Origin: Octopus vulgaris
Lineage: Eukaryota
DNA: 64,000 nucleotides
Assembly: GCA_951406725.2 (NCBI GenBank)
Contig: OX597815.1
Location: 207,576,001-207,640,000, forward strand
Direction: 5' to 3'
Positions 50,403-63,270 of the stretch are shown piece after piece. Numbering within the stretch: the first letter of the stretch is position 1; the number at the start of each line of letters is the position of its first letter. The notes beneath the pieces were generated by a model. That model saw only the letters and a list, made by a program, of their open reading frames with translations, was not told the DNA's origin and ran no database searches. Both the position numbers and the translations under genes were made by a program.

Positions 50403-53400
50403 CTGAAAAATTTGAAGCAAAATTTTAATAATATAAGGAGAGAAGATAAAATTATAATAGGTAACACATATTTACATCAACCTTCAAAAATATTTTTCCT
50501 TTTCAAAATCTTAGCTGTATTCCATGTTTAACAAGCAAATTTCATAGTATTATTATAATTATTTTTCCTTCTAGTTGAATACAGTCTCCAATTATCAGCA
50601 CATTACCTTTTACAGTCCTACTGTGTGGAACTGTCGGCAAGCGTCCTCCGCTATATCCTTGGGCTAACCAAAGACTTATGACTGGATTTAATAAACAGAA
50701 ACTGAAAGAAGCCAGCTATGTGTGTGTATGTATGTACGTATATATATATAGGCTTCTATGCCTTGACTGGCTTCTGTACCAGCGGCACGTAAAAAGCACC
50801 AACCAATCATGGCCGCTGCCAGCCTCCCCTGGCACCTGTGCCGGTAGCACATAAAAAGCACCCACTACACTCATAGGGTGGTTGGCATTAAGAAGGGCAT
50901 CCAGCTGTAGAAACACTGCCAGATCAGACTGGAGCCTGGTGCAGCCTCCTGGCTTCCCAGACCCCGGTTGAACTGTGCAACCCATGCTTGCACGGAAAAC
51001 AGATGTTAAATGATGATGATGATGATATTATATATAAACACACACACACGTTATCTTGCTTTGATATCACAAGATAATCATGAAGAAATGTTATCAACAT
51101 TGAAGCAGTGTTCTTCATTTCCGATCTTCCAAAATCATGTTTGGTCAAAGAGAAATATTACCCTACTTGCAAACAGGAGATGGTTGCTGACAGGAAAAGT
51201 ATCCAGCCATAGATATCTGTCTCAACAAATTACATCTAACTCGTGCAAGTATGAGAAAGTGGAGGTTAAGACTATGATGATTATGGCTCCTATTACAATT
51301 AGCCTGCTTGCAAAGACCTGTTAAGGCAATCGAAATCAAATTCGATGACTGGCATCCGTGCTAGTGGAGCGCTAAGAGCACCATACGAGCATTATCATTG
51401 CCAGAGCAACAAGCTGGCCTCCGTGCCGGTGGCATTTAAAAAGCACCATTTGAGCACCCAGTATAAGACAATGAGTAATGTGGTTGCATTTTCTATCCCA
51501 CACACTGTTATTGCAGTCTTTTATGTCTGGTCATAATGATTCTGTGCATTAAAATCAAGAGTATGATACATGCTAGAATTATCTATTATTCCCAAGTGTT
51601 CAATCATTTCTTTCCATACATCTTTTTCAGCAAGTTGCAATTTGGGCTATTCCGTGACAGAATTCAGCAAATGTGAAATAAAATTCATACTTCCCATTTA
51701 AGAAAAAATTACACACACATATATTTACTGTTTTTGTCAGTTTTTTAATGAAACTGCACCAATAAGTAAAATAGCTATGAGCCATAAGAGTTTTGTATAA
51801 AACAATTGATCATTACGGAATATACAATATTACATGTTCCAGAATTACTTCACAAATTCTCCCATGGAACAGTAGAGAGTGTTAAAATATTGTAATGAAA
51901 AATAAAGGTTTTGAATTTAAATTCAGCACAGAGATGTGGGTTTACATAAATATTTTATTTATTTATGCGCCCTTTTCAAGCCTAGCCAGGCTCATGGGCC
52001 TGGTTTCTCATTTTCTATGGCATATGTGTTCCCTCCTGCTGGACGGAACGCCAGTCCATTGCAGCGTTACTCAAGAAACAGGAAGAGAGAATGAGAGAAA
52101 GTTGGGGGCGAAAGAGTACAACAGAGGTCACCACCAGCCCCTGCCGGAGCCTCATGGTGCTTTAGGTGTTTTTGCTCAATAAACACACACAACACCCGGT
52201 CTGTGAATCGAAACCATGATCCTCCAACCACGAGTCCACTGCCCTAACCACTGGGCCATTGCGCCTCCACGAATAAATGTGCCCTTTTTAAAGCCTAGCC
52301 AGGCTCATGTGCCCGGTTTCCCAGTTTCAATGGCGTATGTATTCCCCAGCTGGATGGAATGCCAGTCCATCGCAGCGTTACTCATTTTTGCCAGCTGAGT
52401 GGACTGGAGCAACGTGAAACGAAGTGTTTTGCTCAAGAACACAACACGTTGCCCAGTCCAGGCAATCTTACGATCATGATGCTGACACCCTTACCACTAA
52501 GCTACGTGCCTCTACTTACATAAATATAGGGTTCCCAAAAATGTTTAATGGTGGAATCAGCATGAAATATGAGACTAATTAGGCAGAAAAAGGTAAGCTA
52601 TTGCAGCATCACTTTTGCATTTCATCCTGTTTGGTAATCGTAGCTATCAATAAGAACATTCAGAAAGAAAAGTACACAGCAAAAACATTTCAATATCTTT
52701 TTTGCTATTGGGATTAATGTATCTTCACATTGATGTGATCCATGGCATAGCATTCCCTGAGCTAGCAGAATCGTTAGCACGCCGGGCAAAATGCTTAGCG
52801 GTATTTTGTCTGCCGCTACGTTCTGGGCTCAAATTCTGCCAAGGTCGACTTTGCCTTTCATCCTTTCGGGGTCGATAAATTAAGTACCAGTTACACACTG
52901 GGATCGATGTAATCGACTTAATCCGTTTGTCTGTCCTTGTTTGTCCTCTCTGTATTTAGCCCCTTGTGGGTAGTAAAGAAATAAGTATTCCCTAGTGTCA
53001 GGAATGAGCACTCCATTATAACTTGTGGTTACATTTAGAGCATATAATGAACTTACTGTATACAGTGTTCAGATGCACTACAACTCATCAGAAAAAGTAG
53101 CCAAAACTGTACAAACAGTACATAGAATATATGCACAGGAAGTGAATAGTCGCAGGAGTGGCTGTGTGGTAAGTAGCTTGCTTACCAACCACATGGTTCT
53201 GGGTTCATTCCCACTGTGTGGCACCTTGGGCAAGTGTCTTCTACTATAGCCTCGGGCCGACCAAAGCCTTGTGAGTGGATTTGGTAGACGGAAACTGAAA
53301 GAAGCCTGTTGTATATATGTATATATGTATGTGTGTATCTTTGTGTGTCTATATTTGTCCCGCCAACATCGCTTGACAACCGATGCTGGTGTGTTTACGT

Positions 53401-53529
53401 CCCTGTAACTTAGTGGTTCAGCATAAGAGTCTGATAGAATAAGTACTAGGCTTCCAAAGAATAAGTCCTGCGGTTGATTTGGCTGCAGTCAAATGACTGA
53501 AATAAGTAAAAGAGCAAAGAGTGAATAAG

Positions 53530-54207
53530 TTGTTAAAAAAAGAGAAATGGAGGAAGGGGTACATCAAGTGTCCTGTTGGCAAATTTCAGGAAGCATGGAA
53601 GTTTTGAAGGATGCAGTATGCTGAGAGTTAACAACCGATGCATGTAGTTTATTCCATGCTTCAGCAGTTCTGAGTGTGGAAAAAAAGGTTTCCAAAAGTC
53701 ATGGTTGCTGTCTTGTTTTTTAAATTTGTAAGCATGTCCATGAGTGTTAGACATACAGAATTCAAAAAAGTGTGGATAATCTTGTGGGTGTCTACCAAGT
53801 GAGTTGCCAGACGCTGGAGTTTTAATGTGACCCTACCCAGGGAAGCAATATGTTCAGAGTATGGTAACTGACAGTGGGTAGTCATCTGGTTGCATGCCTC
53901 TCGCTGAGCAAGACAGGGGTTCCAGACTGCTGCATGAAAACAACATACGAATATTCAAATACAAATGACTTTGTGTTGTGTGTCCAAGAAGTCAGTTTGA
54001 GATTTATATCAGTTTGTCTCCTTCTACAGCTGGTGCATAGGCATATGTTCTCACAAAATGAGAATAGTGTGTGGTTAAGAATAATCCCTATTAGGGTCTG
54101 CCTAGGCTTTCATTCATATGATAATAGGTACCAAGCATATACTGGAATCAGTTCAATTTATTCATATTGCACCAAAACAAATTTGTGGCACTCTGTTCAT
54201 GGTAATA

Positions 54208-54239
<32 letters not shown>

Positions 54240-54585
54240 CATTGTGTACAGTGCTCAGGTGCACTACAACTCATCTAAAGTGTATGTATAATCAGGTGTA
54301 GTTTCGGCGGATTTCGGAAAGCATGAGGGCCTTAAAGGATGCAGTGTCATGGCAGTCAACACCTGACGCAGGCAGTTTGTTCCATGCTTCAGCAACTCTG
54401 AGCGTGTAAAATGTTTCCGAAAGTCATGGGAGCTGTGCTGTTTTCTGACTTTGTAGGCATGTCCACGTGGGTTGGACACATGGAGATCAAAAAGGTGTTC
54501 AGTGTTGTTGTTGGTGAGGTGGTTGATAACTTTGTGGGTGTTTACCAAGTCCATCGCCAGACGCCGGAGCTTCAGTGAATCCAAT
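53530..54585 (-). pseudogene. Two CR1-like LINE 3' fragments
   Basis: LKLRRLAMDLVNTHKVI...RGHAYKVRKQHSSHDFRKHF at ~54264-54584 with a (TAA)n tract at 54203-54236; a second copy at ~53530-53900. Confidence 0.75.
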
Positions 54586-54703
54586 CAGAAATCAATTCAT
54601 GTAATAAACATCCGATCATCTCCTGATAAATTATAAAATGTGTGTGTATATGTGTGTGTGTGTGCATCAGGTAAAGTGCATAGTTTTAAAACTTAAAACT
54701 CAC

Positions 54704-54788
54704 CTCATTGAATCTTTTTGTGACTAAATGCACATGAGGTGCCCTGACTTCCTTATCTGGTTTCATCCACGTCTGAGATAACAGTTCA
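54704..54788 (-). CDS. RasGRF: RasGRF-like exon (CDC25 domain)
   Basis: TAG| acceptor, |GTGAGT donor, 85 nt, phase 2/0. (D)ELLSQTWMKPDKEVRAPHVHLVTKRFNE. Confidence 0.93.
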
Positions 54789-56496
54789 CTAAGATATAAA
54801 GGATATAACAGGTAAGCCGTGATATTCAATAAGACAAAATGGTCCAGATAACGAGTAAAAATACTAAGTCATGCTAAAAGGATTTTTCATCTAATGGACT
54901 GAGAATTCACATTACAAATACCTAAGCACACATTTTGGCTCTATTTATATTTTACATTAATAATTTATTACAACATGAAAATTATTAAAATTTGAATGAT
55001 GAGATCATAAAAGTTTTATGCAAAAGCTAGAGATTTGAAGCTATCAGTTAATATACAGCTTGTGTCATCTTTGTCATATTCTCTCTTATAAGTACTGGCT
55101 CAGATAATCTTCTTTAAGAAATGCATATTTTACCACAACAAAACTCATTACAGAATTACATAAGTGAAAGTATATTTAAGTAGAACATTAAACAATTGAT
55201 ATCTGGTAAAAGTAAAATGATAATTGTTGATGACTAACATTTTCTCCATGACACATTTAAGCTGTTAGTATCATTCTTGCTATTAGTAGAAAGTGCATTG
55301 GGCTCAGTTCCTCAGTTATGTAGCCGAGTCTAACATTTTATCGTTGAAATGCTATAAATTTGTTTAATCTCTGCATTCTCAGTTCCAGCCAGTTATACAT
55401 ATACATACTGTCATAAACTTTCTTATTAGTTCCATACAGAAAACTACTTTTATTTTTTAAAGTTCAAATAAATTATTGGTGACATTTCAAATTGTTGTTC
55501 AGTTTTCTATAGGTTTCAGAAAACAGCTAAAAATACTAGGTATAGTCAATGAGTTGGAATTTCAATGCAAAGAATAGATGTTTCTTTGCTGCAAAGCACA
55601 TTATTTTGTTTGCTTTGTTTCACAAAGGGGACATACTTTCTGATCTGAATATATACGAGGTAACTTGTTCCTTCAAAGAACTATTCACACAAAGAATGCA
55701 TGCAAGTAACTAAATTTTAAAACTAGTCTAGGTTATACTAACCTAGAAGAATATATATATGTGGTTAAAATCATGGTCTAGTCATTGTAATAAAGCAGTA
55801 TCTCAGACTTCTTTCAGTAAGAAACTACTACTTACACTTTAAACGTAAATGAGGGTATAAAACCCTACAAGCCACAGTATTCCGGTAAGGAGCAATAACC
55901 CCAGGTATTGTTAGCATTGGAAGACATTGTGTCTAATACATATCAACAGAAGAACATCTCATAACAACTCCACCTAAATTTCTGATTAAATGCTGCAAGA
56001 GAAGCAGTTGAGAACTAAGACCTATGAACTTGTACACTAAACTATTTTCCAAATTTACAAGAAATCCTGAACTTTCTTACACATACTTTTCCTTTTCTAA
56101 GTATTCTTTTTCATTTTAGGGAAATTTGTCAAAGAGTGAAGTTAATCTAAAATAAATGGTTACATACAAAAATCCCAGCCTAAGGATTTCTAGTCTGTTA
56201 CTTAATTTTTGGACTTGATCATTGTCAGTTAGCATAAGCAAGCATTTTTCACAATGATATTAATTTCTACTACTAGAATGTCGAGATGTTACTGGGTCAT
56301 GCACTGCATTATAGAGTTGGTTCATTAGGTTTTTAAATTTAAACCTGCATATTAATTACTTTGTAAACATTATTCATTAACAAAATAAAAACAAGGTTAA
56401 AATAAGGTTCAAAATTACAAGGAGAAATAGCATGAGGCTGAAAGTGAAGAAGTATATTTGTATTATTGAGTTTGCAATGTTTGATAGAATACTTAC

Positions 56497-56594
56497 TCAC
56501 TGCGAATTGCAATAAAAATTTTATGGTCTAAATAAGTGAGTTGTTCTGCAATATCCAATGCTGATAATGAATCTGACGTGTCTGTTGAAGATGT
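56497..56594 (-). CDS. RasGRF: RasGRF-like exon, start of CDC25 domain
   Basis: CAG| acceptor, |GTAAGT donor, 98 nt, phase 0/2. TSSTDTSDSLSALDIAEQLTYLDHKIFIAIRS contains the RasGEF A-EQLT-LD motif. Confidence 0.93.
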
Positions 56595-57817
56595 CTGGAA
56601 AACAGATGAAAATACATTTTTTTTTTACAGTTTACAAATTCAAACTATTCTTCATCATCATTATCATTGTTTAATGTCCGTTTCCCATGCTAACATGGGT
56701 TAGACGGTTCTACTGGGGTCTGGGAAGCCAGGAGGCTGCACCAAGCTCCAGTCTGATCAGGCAGTGTTTCTACAGCTGGATACCCTTCCTAACGCCAACC
56801 ACTCCACGAGTGTAGTGGGTGCTTTTTACGTGCCACCAGCACAGGGGCCAGAGGAGACTGGCAAACGGCCACGATCAGTTGATGTTTTTACATGTCACCG
56901 ACATGGATGCCAGTCAGGTGGTGCTGGCATCTGACCAAAACTTTTTCTCAAAGGAAAATTAAATTTTCTTTTCTTTTCTTTTTTTTTTTCAGAAACAGGA
57001 AGAATGGATTCATGATAAATAAAATGAAGAATGAAAAAAGGAAAATGATAGGGAGCTGTGTATATGGAAGTGCAAATTTTAGGTTTAGCATATTAGGCAT
57101 GGCTTGTAAATAATGGAAAATTTTAGAAGAGAATATAATGTCTACAGTGGAATTCATTAAATATTTCCAAACAAAAACCTGTGTATCTTTTGATGATTAT
57201 GTAACCATGACACCAACTGATCCCTTAACATCAAATGGTCTGGAAAACTGTACCCACCCTATCTTCAAGTAACCTGGAACTGCACTCTCTCCATTACCAA
57301 TACAAAAAACCTGCAGCTCCCCATTAACATGACCCCTGCTGATATCAGATGAGAAATAATCAGTTGAGTTGGCAAAGGCTTCTCATAATGAATGCCACCT
57401 CTTCCATGTATGTCAATGCCAGGTTCAACAACTGAAGTTAAGAAGCTTCCTCAGTTGTGTCTGGCCTCTAACAACATCTCAGAAGAAACTAGACTCTGGA
57501 CCAGGGCTGGCCAACCTGAGGCCTGTGGGCCGCATGCAGCCCACAGACTTTTATCTCACAATCCTCTTGATACTTTCTTGAAATGGGTTTATTTAAACGA
57601 AAATTTCTAAAATTTTATCAAAAATTAAAGACTGTAAAGAAAACAAAAAAAAGGAGTGGCTGTGTGGTAAGTAGCTTGCTTACCAACCACATGGTTCCGG
57701 GTTCAGTCCCACTGCGTGGCATCTTGGGCAAGTGTCTTCTACTATAGCCTCGGGCCAACCAATGCCTTGTGAGTGGATTTGGTAGAAGGAAACTGAAAGA
57801 AGCCTGTCGTATATATG

Positions 57818-57854
<37 letters not shown>

Positions 57855-58356
57855 TTGTGTGTCTGTGTTTGTCCCCCTAGCATTGCTTGACAACCGATGC
57901 TGGTGTGTTTACGTCCCCGTCACTTAGCGGTTCGGCAAAAGAGACCGATAGAATAAGTACTGGGCTTACAAAGAATAAGTCCCGGGGTCGATTTGCTCGA
58001 CTAAAGGCGGTGCTCCAGCATGGCTGCAGTCAAATGACTGAAACAAGTAAAAGAGTAAAAAGAGTAAAAGAGTAACAGAGTACTGTTTTTGCAATGATAA
58101 TATTTCCTGTTGAATCAATAATCATTCATTCATTATTGTAATAATAGCATGAGAAAGCAAAATGCTTTCAATTCTATCAGAATCAGGCATAGGAGTGGCT
58201 GTGTGGTAAGTAGCTTGCTTACTAGCCACATGGTTCCAGGTTCAGTCCCACTGCATGGCACCTTGGACAAGTGTCTTCTACTAAAGCCTCAGTCTGACCA
58301 AAGCCTTGTGAGTGGATTTGGTAGACGGAAACTGAAAGAAGCCCGTCGTATATATG

Positions 58357-58387
<31 letters not shown>

Positions 58388-59012
58388 ATATGTTTGTGTG
58401 TCTGTGTTTGTCCCCCCCCCCCCCCAACATCACTTGACAATGCTGGTGTGTTTACGTCCCCTGTAACTCCGTAACTTAGCAGATCGGCAAAAGAGACTGA
58501 TAGAATAAGTACTAGGTTTACAACGAATAAGTCCTGGGGTCGATTTGCTCAACTAAAGGCGGTGCTCCAGCATGGCCACAGTCAAATGACTGAAACAAAT
58601 AAAAGAAGAATATACAAGCAGCCCTCAAAAAACTTTCTGTGATTAAAGTGGCCTGCAATGTAATTCAAGTTGACCAAGCCTACTCTGACTCTGGATGATA
58701 AAGCTTGAGAACAAACCTCTTCCAATTGACATAGGAATGTTCCTTGCTGAAAATATTCCACCGAACTCAGAAGCGCCATGGTCTTAGAGAAAGACACTTA
58801 AGCACATGAGACTGACGGAAACTCTGTGAGTGGATTTGGAGACTGAAACTGAAAGAAGCACATCATGTGTCTGCATGTGTCCCACACCATCACTTGACAT
58901 CTGATGTTGGTTTGTTTATGTCCCCATAACTTAACAGTTCGGCAAAAAGAGTTCAATAGAATAAGTGCTAGGCTTTAAAAGAAATTACTGTGGTTGACTT
59001 GTTTGACTAGAC

Positions 59013-59754
59013 CAGCATTTCTCAACTGGGGTTCCCTGGAACCCTAGGGTTCTGCAAGAGGTTCCTAGGGGTTCCGTGAGAGTGAGATAAACAAATGCTA
59101 ATTTCATGATCATAATATTACAATACATGCACAACATATTGGTTATTGTAATATAGACATCATCCTATCTAACCGTTTATGTTATCAAAAAAAATATAAC
59201 AACCATAGGCGCAGGAGTGGCTATGTGGTAAGTAGCTTGCTAACCAACCACATGGTTCTGGGTTCAGTCCCACTGCGTGGCATCTTGGGCAAGTGTCTTC
59301 TACTATAGCCTCGGGCCAACCAAAGCCTTGTGAGTGGATTTGGTAGACGGAAACTGAAAGAAGCCTGTCGTATATATGTATATATATATGTATGTGTGTG
59401 TATATGTTTGTGTGTCTGTGTTTGTCCCTCTAGCATTGCTTGACAACCGATGCTGGTGTGTTTACGTCCCTGTCACTTAGCAGTTCGGCAAAAGAGACCG
59501 ATGGAATAAGTACTGGGCTTACAAAGAATAAGTCCCGGGGTCGATTTGCTCGACTAAAGGTGGTGTTCCAGCATGGCCGCAGTCAAAATGACGGAAACAA
59601 GTAAAAGAGTATATATATATAGATATTTATCACATGAACTATGATGAAAAAAATAAGAGAAAGATATGGTATATAATTTTTTTGTGCAGGGGTTCCTTGA
59701 GACATGTAATTTATTTTAAGGGTTACGCAAGGGTAAAAAGGTTGAGAAACACTG
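59013..59754. mobile_element. hAT (Charlie-like) MITE inside one SINE and containing another
   Basis: TIRs CAGCATTTCTCAAC / GTTGAGAAACACTG; 8-bp target duplication GACTAGAC / GACTCGAC. Confidence 0.8.
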
Positions 59755-59865
59755 GACTCGACCCTTTGGACTGGTACCCTGGCATGGTCGCAGTCCAATG
59801 ACTGAAAGAAGTAAAATATAAGAGATAGATACTTATGAATTATAAAATAAAATGCAAATAAAAAA

Positions 59866-60225
59866 AACAAGAGTACTGAGAGAGTGCAAACCTCCACCAA
59901 GGCAACACCAACGTCCTCTCAACGATTAGCCTGAGATGATTTTTAAAATGAGAATATCTGAAATAAACTTGACTGCTTTCACAAACAAGAATACTAAAAA
60001 TGAACCCGTCCACTCTCAAAAATTAAGTAAAGAAACAGGAAAAATAATCCAGAATCCTTGTCCTGTCCAGTATCGGATCAATCCCAAAATCTAATCAGTT
60101 TGTGCCAGTCATGAGGCCAAATATCCCTGAAAGTTTCATCCAAATCTATCCAGCGGTTCTTGAGATAACAAACAAACAAACACAACTGAAAACAATACCT
60201 CTGCCTTTGCTAAGGTGGAGGTAAC
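59866..60225 (+). mobile_element. Helentron-associated (HINE-like) non-autonomous element
   Basis: AACAAGAG start, subterminal ACCTCCACC with inverted GGTGGAGGT in a 3' hairpin, (ACAA)n tract; ends ~30 nt from the donor site at 60254. Confidence 0.55.
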
Positions 60226-60254
60226 AAGAGGAAAAAACTGTTAACTCTACTTAC

Positions 60255-60434
60255 TGCAGGTGGGGCTAATAATATATCTAAATCAACTTTATTGCTATCT
60301 TGGCTCTCCTGGTTGATTATGCGTAATATGCCTGCAGCTGCTTTATGCTCAGCTGGTAGTAAAGAGGTGTTGCACACCATTTCTTCAAGTAAATCAATCA
60401 AAAAAGCTTTCAATTGTGCATCAGTGTCGAAATC
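60255..60434 (-). CDS. RasGRF: RasGRF-like RasGEF, first coding exon in window (end of REM region/linker)
   Basis: TAG| acceptor, |GTAAG donor, 180 nt, phase 0/0. Translates DFDTDAQLKAFLIDLLEEMVCNTSLLPAEHKAAAGILRIINQESQDSNKVDLDILLAPPA, resembling vertebrate RasGRF1 DFETNDELK...ERKAAANIIR (recalled). Confidence 0.93.
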
Positions 60435-60695
60435 CTAGTAAAAGATAGAAAGAAAAAATGTTATAACGATGTTATAATTATTATACCTCATTTACAATTA
60501 TTATTCTCATTTCAGTATTATCAAGGTGTAGGAGTGGCTGTGTGGTAAGTAGCTTGCTAACCAACCACATGGCTCCAGGTTCAGTCCCACTGCGTGGCAT
60601 CTTGGGCAAGTGTCTTCTGCTATAGTCCCGGGCTGACCAAAGCCTTGTGAGTGGATTTGGTAGACGGAAACTGAAAGGAGCTTGTTGTATATATG

Positions 60696-60728
<33 letters not shown>

Positions 60729-60932
60729 TTGGGTGTCTGTGTTTGTCCCCCTAGCATTGCTTGACAACCGATGCTGGTGTGTTTACGTCTCCGTAACTTA
60801 GCGGTTCGGCAAAAGAGACCGATAGAATAAGTACTGGGCTTACAAAGAATAAGTCCCGGGGTCGATTTGCTTGACTAAAGGCAGTGCTCCAGCATGGCCG
60901 CAGTCAAATGACTAAAACAAGTAAAAGAGTAA

Positions 60933-62075
60933 CCCTTTAAGCATTCAGATTGTTTTGTCAAATGTAATGCTTTTTCATTCACATTGTTTTTAATTATTTT
61001 GCAACTATGAAATTTTGATAATGTGGTGGCTGTGTGGTAAGTAGCTTGCTTACGAACCACATGGTTCCGGGTTCAGTCCCACTGTGTGGCACCTTGGGGA
61101 AGTGTCTTCTACTATAGCCTCGGGCCAATCAAAGCCTTGTGAGTGGATTTGGTAGACGGAAACTGAAAGAAGCCCATCATATATATGTATATATATGTTT
61201 GTGTGTCTGTGTTTGTCCCCGCCAACATTGATTGACAACCGATGCTGGTGTTTTTACACCCTGTAACTTAGCGGTTCGGCCAAAGAGACTGATAGAATAA
61301 ATACTAGGCTTACAAAGAATAAGTCCTGGGGTCAATTTGCTTGACTAAAGGTGGTGCTCCAGCATGGCCACAGTCAAATGACTGAAACAAGAAAAGAGTA
61401 TATTTTTAGAAGGCGCATGGCCCAGTGGTTAGAGTGTCAGGCTCACAATCATGAGGTAGTGAGTTCAATTCTCAAACTTGGCTGTGTGTGCAGCATTCTT
61501 GAGCAATCATTTCATTCCATGTTGTTCCAGTTGCCTCAGCTGTAGAAATGAATTGTGACATCACTGGTGCCAAGCTGTATCCCTTGGATAACATCCATCG
61601 GTGGCATGGAGAGGCAAAACTGGTATGCATGGGCGACTGCTGGTCTTCCATAAACAACCTTGCACAGACTCGTGCCTCGGAGGGGAACTTTCTAGGTGCA
61701 ATCCCATGGTTATTCATGACCAAAGGGGGTCTTTACCCTATATTTTTAGAATGGTTGGCGGAGAGTTGGCAGAAATGTTAGTGTGCCGGGCGAAATGCGT
61801 GGCTGTATTTCGTCTGCCGTTACGTTCTAGGTTCAAATTCCGCTGAGGTCGACTTTGCCTTTCATCCTTTTGGGGTCGATAAATTAAGTACTAGTTAATC
61901 AACTTAACCCATTTGTCTGTCCTCTCTGTGTTTAGCCCCTTGTGGGTGGTAAAAAAATATATATTTTTAGAATGGTTTTGAAGGGTGGGTGTAATAGGCT
62001 GGATTGGGCTGGTTAGAACATTAAAAAAAAGATAGCATATTTGGACTGGAACTGACCAATTTAAATGTTAAAGGG
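60933..62075. mobile_element. piggyBac-type MITE split by three nested SINEs
   Basis: CCCTTTAAGCATT at 60933 and AATGTTAAAGGG|TTAA at 62075; similar to 40979-41200; SINEs at ~61023-61399, 61412-61738 and 61757-61958. Confidence 0.65.
61412..61738 (+). mobile_element. tRNA-derived SINE with 13-bp TSD
   Basis: GGCGCATGGCCCAGTGGTTAGAG...GAGTTCAATTC head; TATATTTTTAGAA on both sides. Confidence 0.75.
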
Positions 62076-62759
62076 TTAATCAATAAATTAATGATTATTC
62101 AATACTGATCACAGATTGGTTTCATGTATGAAGATTCATAAAGAGAGCTGTCCTGCAGAAGCATGTTGGTGATAGACTAGGCCTATACAAGACAGACAGA
62201 CCCAGCCACAGTGGTTGTAAGGGAAATTCTGTTCTGTATTCGGTGGTGCCATGTTACAGGGTTTCCTCCTGCTCCTCTTGTCTTAAAGCTCAGCTCTGCA
62301 CATATTCACATCAGAGGAAATGGGCTGGTGAACTTCCATCTATTCATTAAGATCTTACTGTGAGGAGGGACAATAAAGCACTGGACTACATTCATTGAAA
62401 TACTTTCATCCTTATTGGACAGAAGTTCAAATTCTATTCATGTCCAACAACTGGGACTGAACAGATAAAATAAGCTGGAGTCAGTTCAATCGATATAGTA
62501 ATTATCAGTCAATAATAGTACCAATAATACATAGCTTAATCAATTTTCACCCTATTTCTATACAAAAGCACCTTGTAACAACTCAAAAGAAAATACATCA
62601 AGTCAATGAACTGAAACAAAAGATATATTAAACTAACTTTAATATATTTGAAGGAACTGTGAGTGTGTGTGTGTGTGTGTGAATATTTATATGATTTGTA
62701 GTTGGCATCCTTTTTGTCTTGGGAGACAATGGAGTTGTGCATAAAATAATCTAGTCCGG

Positions 62760-63270
62760 CTTTTACATTTCATGTCCTAATACATCTCCTGCTGCGGCTG
62801 TGTAGTCCTATCCTGGACAAACACTCCCTCTGGCAGGTACCGCAAATGTAGCAAAGACTTTGCCTGGTTGGTTGTAATGTCATAGTTTCTTGTTGACATC
62901 TTTTCTTGTCTTTCCATTTCTCCTCTCTCTCTCTCTGTCACTCCTCTGTATTCCCTCTTTTATGGTATGTCGCCAATCTCCACGGTTGCTGGCAACTGCT
63001 TCCCAGTTGCTAATATTGATGTCGCAGGCTTTCATGTCCCTTTTGCAAACATCCTTGTAACGTAAGAATGGTCTTCCCACAGACCTAGTGCCCATAGCAA
63101 GCTCTCCGTAGAGTATATCCTTGAGGATTCTGCCATCTTCCATACGACTAAAATGCCCAAGCCATCTCATACGTCTTTGTGTGAGGAGTGCAAACATGCT
63201 TGGTATTCCTGCTTGCCTGAGGACATCTTTGTTGGGGACATGATTCTGCCATTTGATGACAAGGATTTAT
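62760..63270 (-). pseudogene. RTE (BovB-like) LINE 3' fragment
   Basis: ORF 62880..63197: RRMRWLGHFSRMEDGRILKDILYGELAMGTRSVGRPFLRYKDVCKRDM. Confidence 0.85.

Noticed and set aside
56495-56500. Alternative GTGAGT donor 4 nt upstream of the chosen donor
   Set aside because: It would shift the frame relative to the phase-2 acceptor of the next exon.
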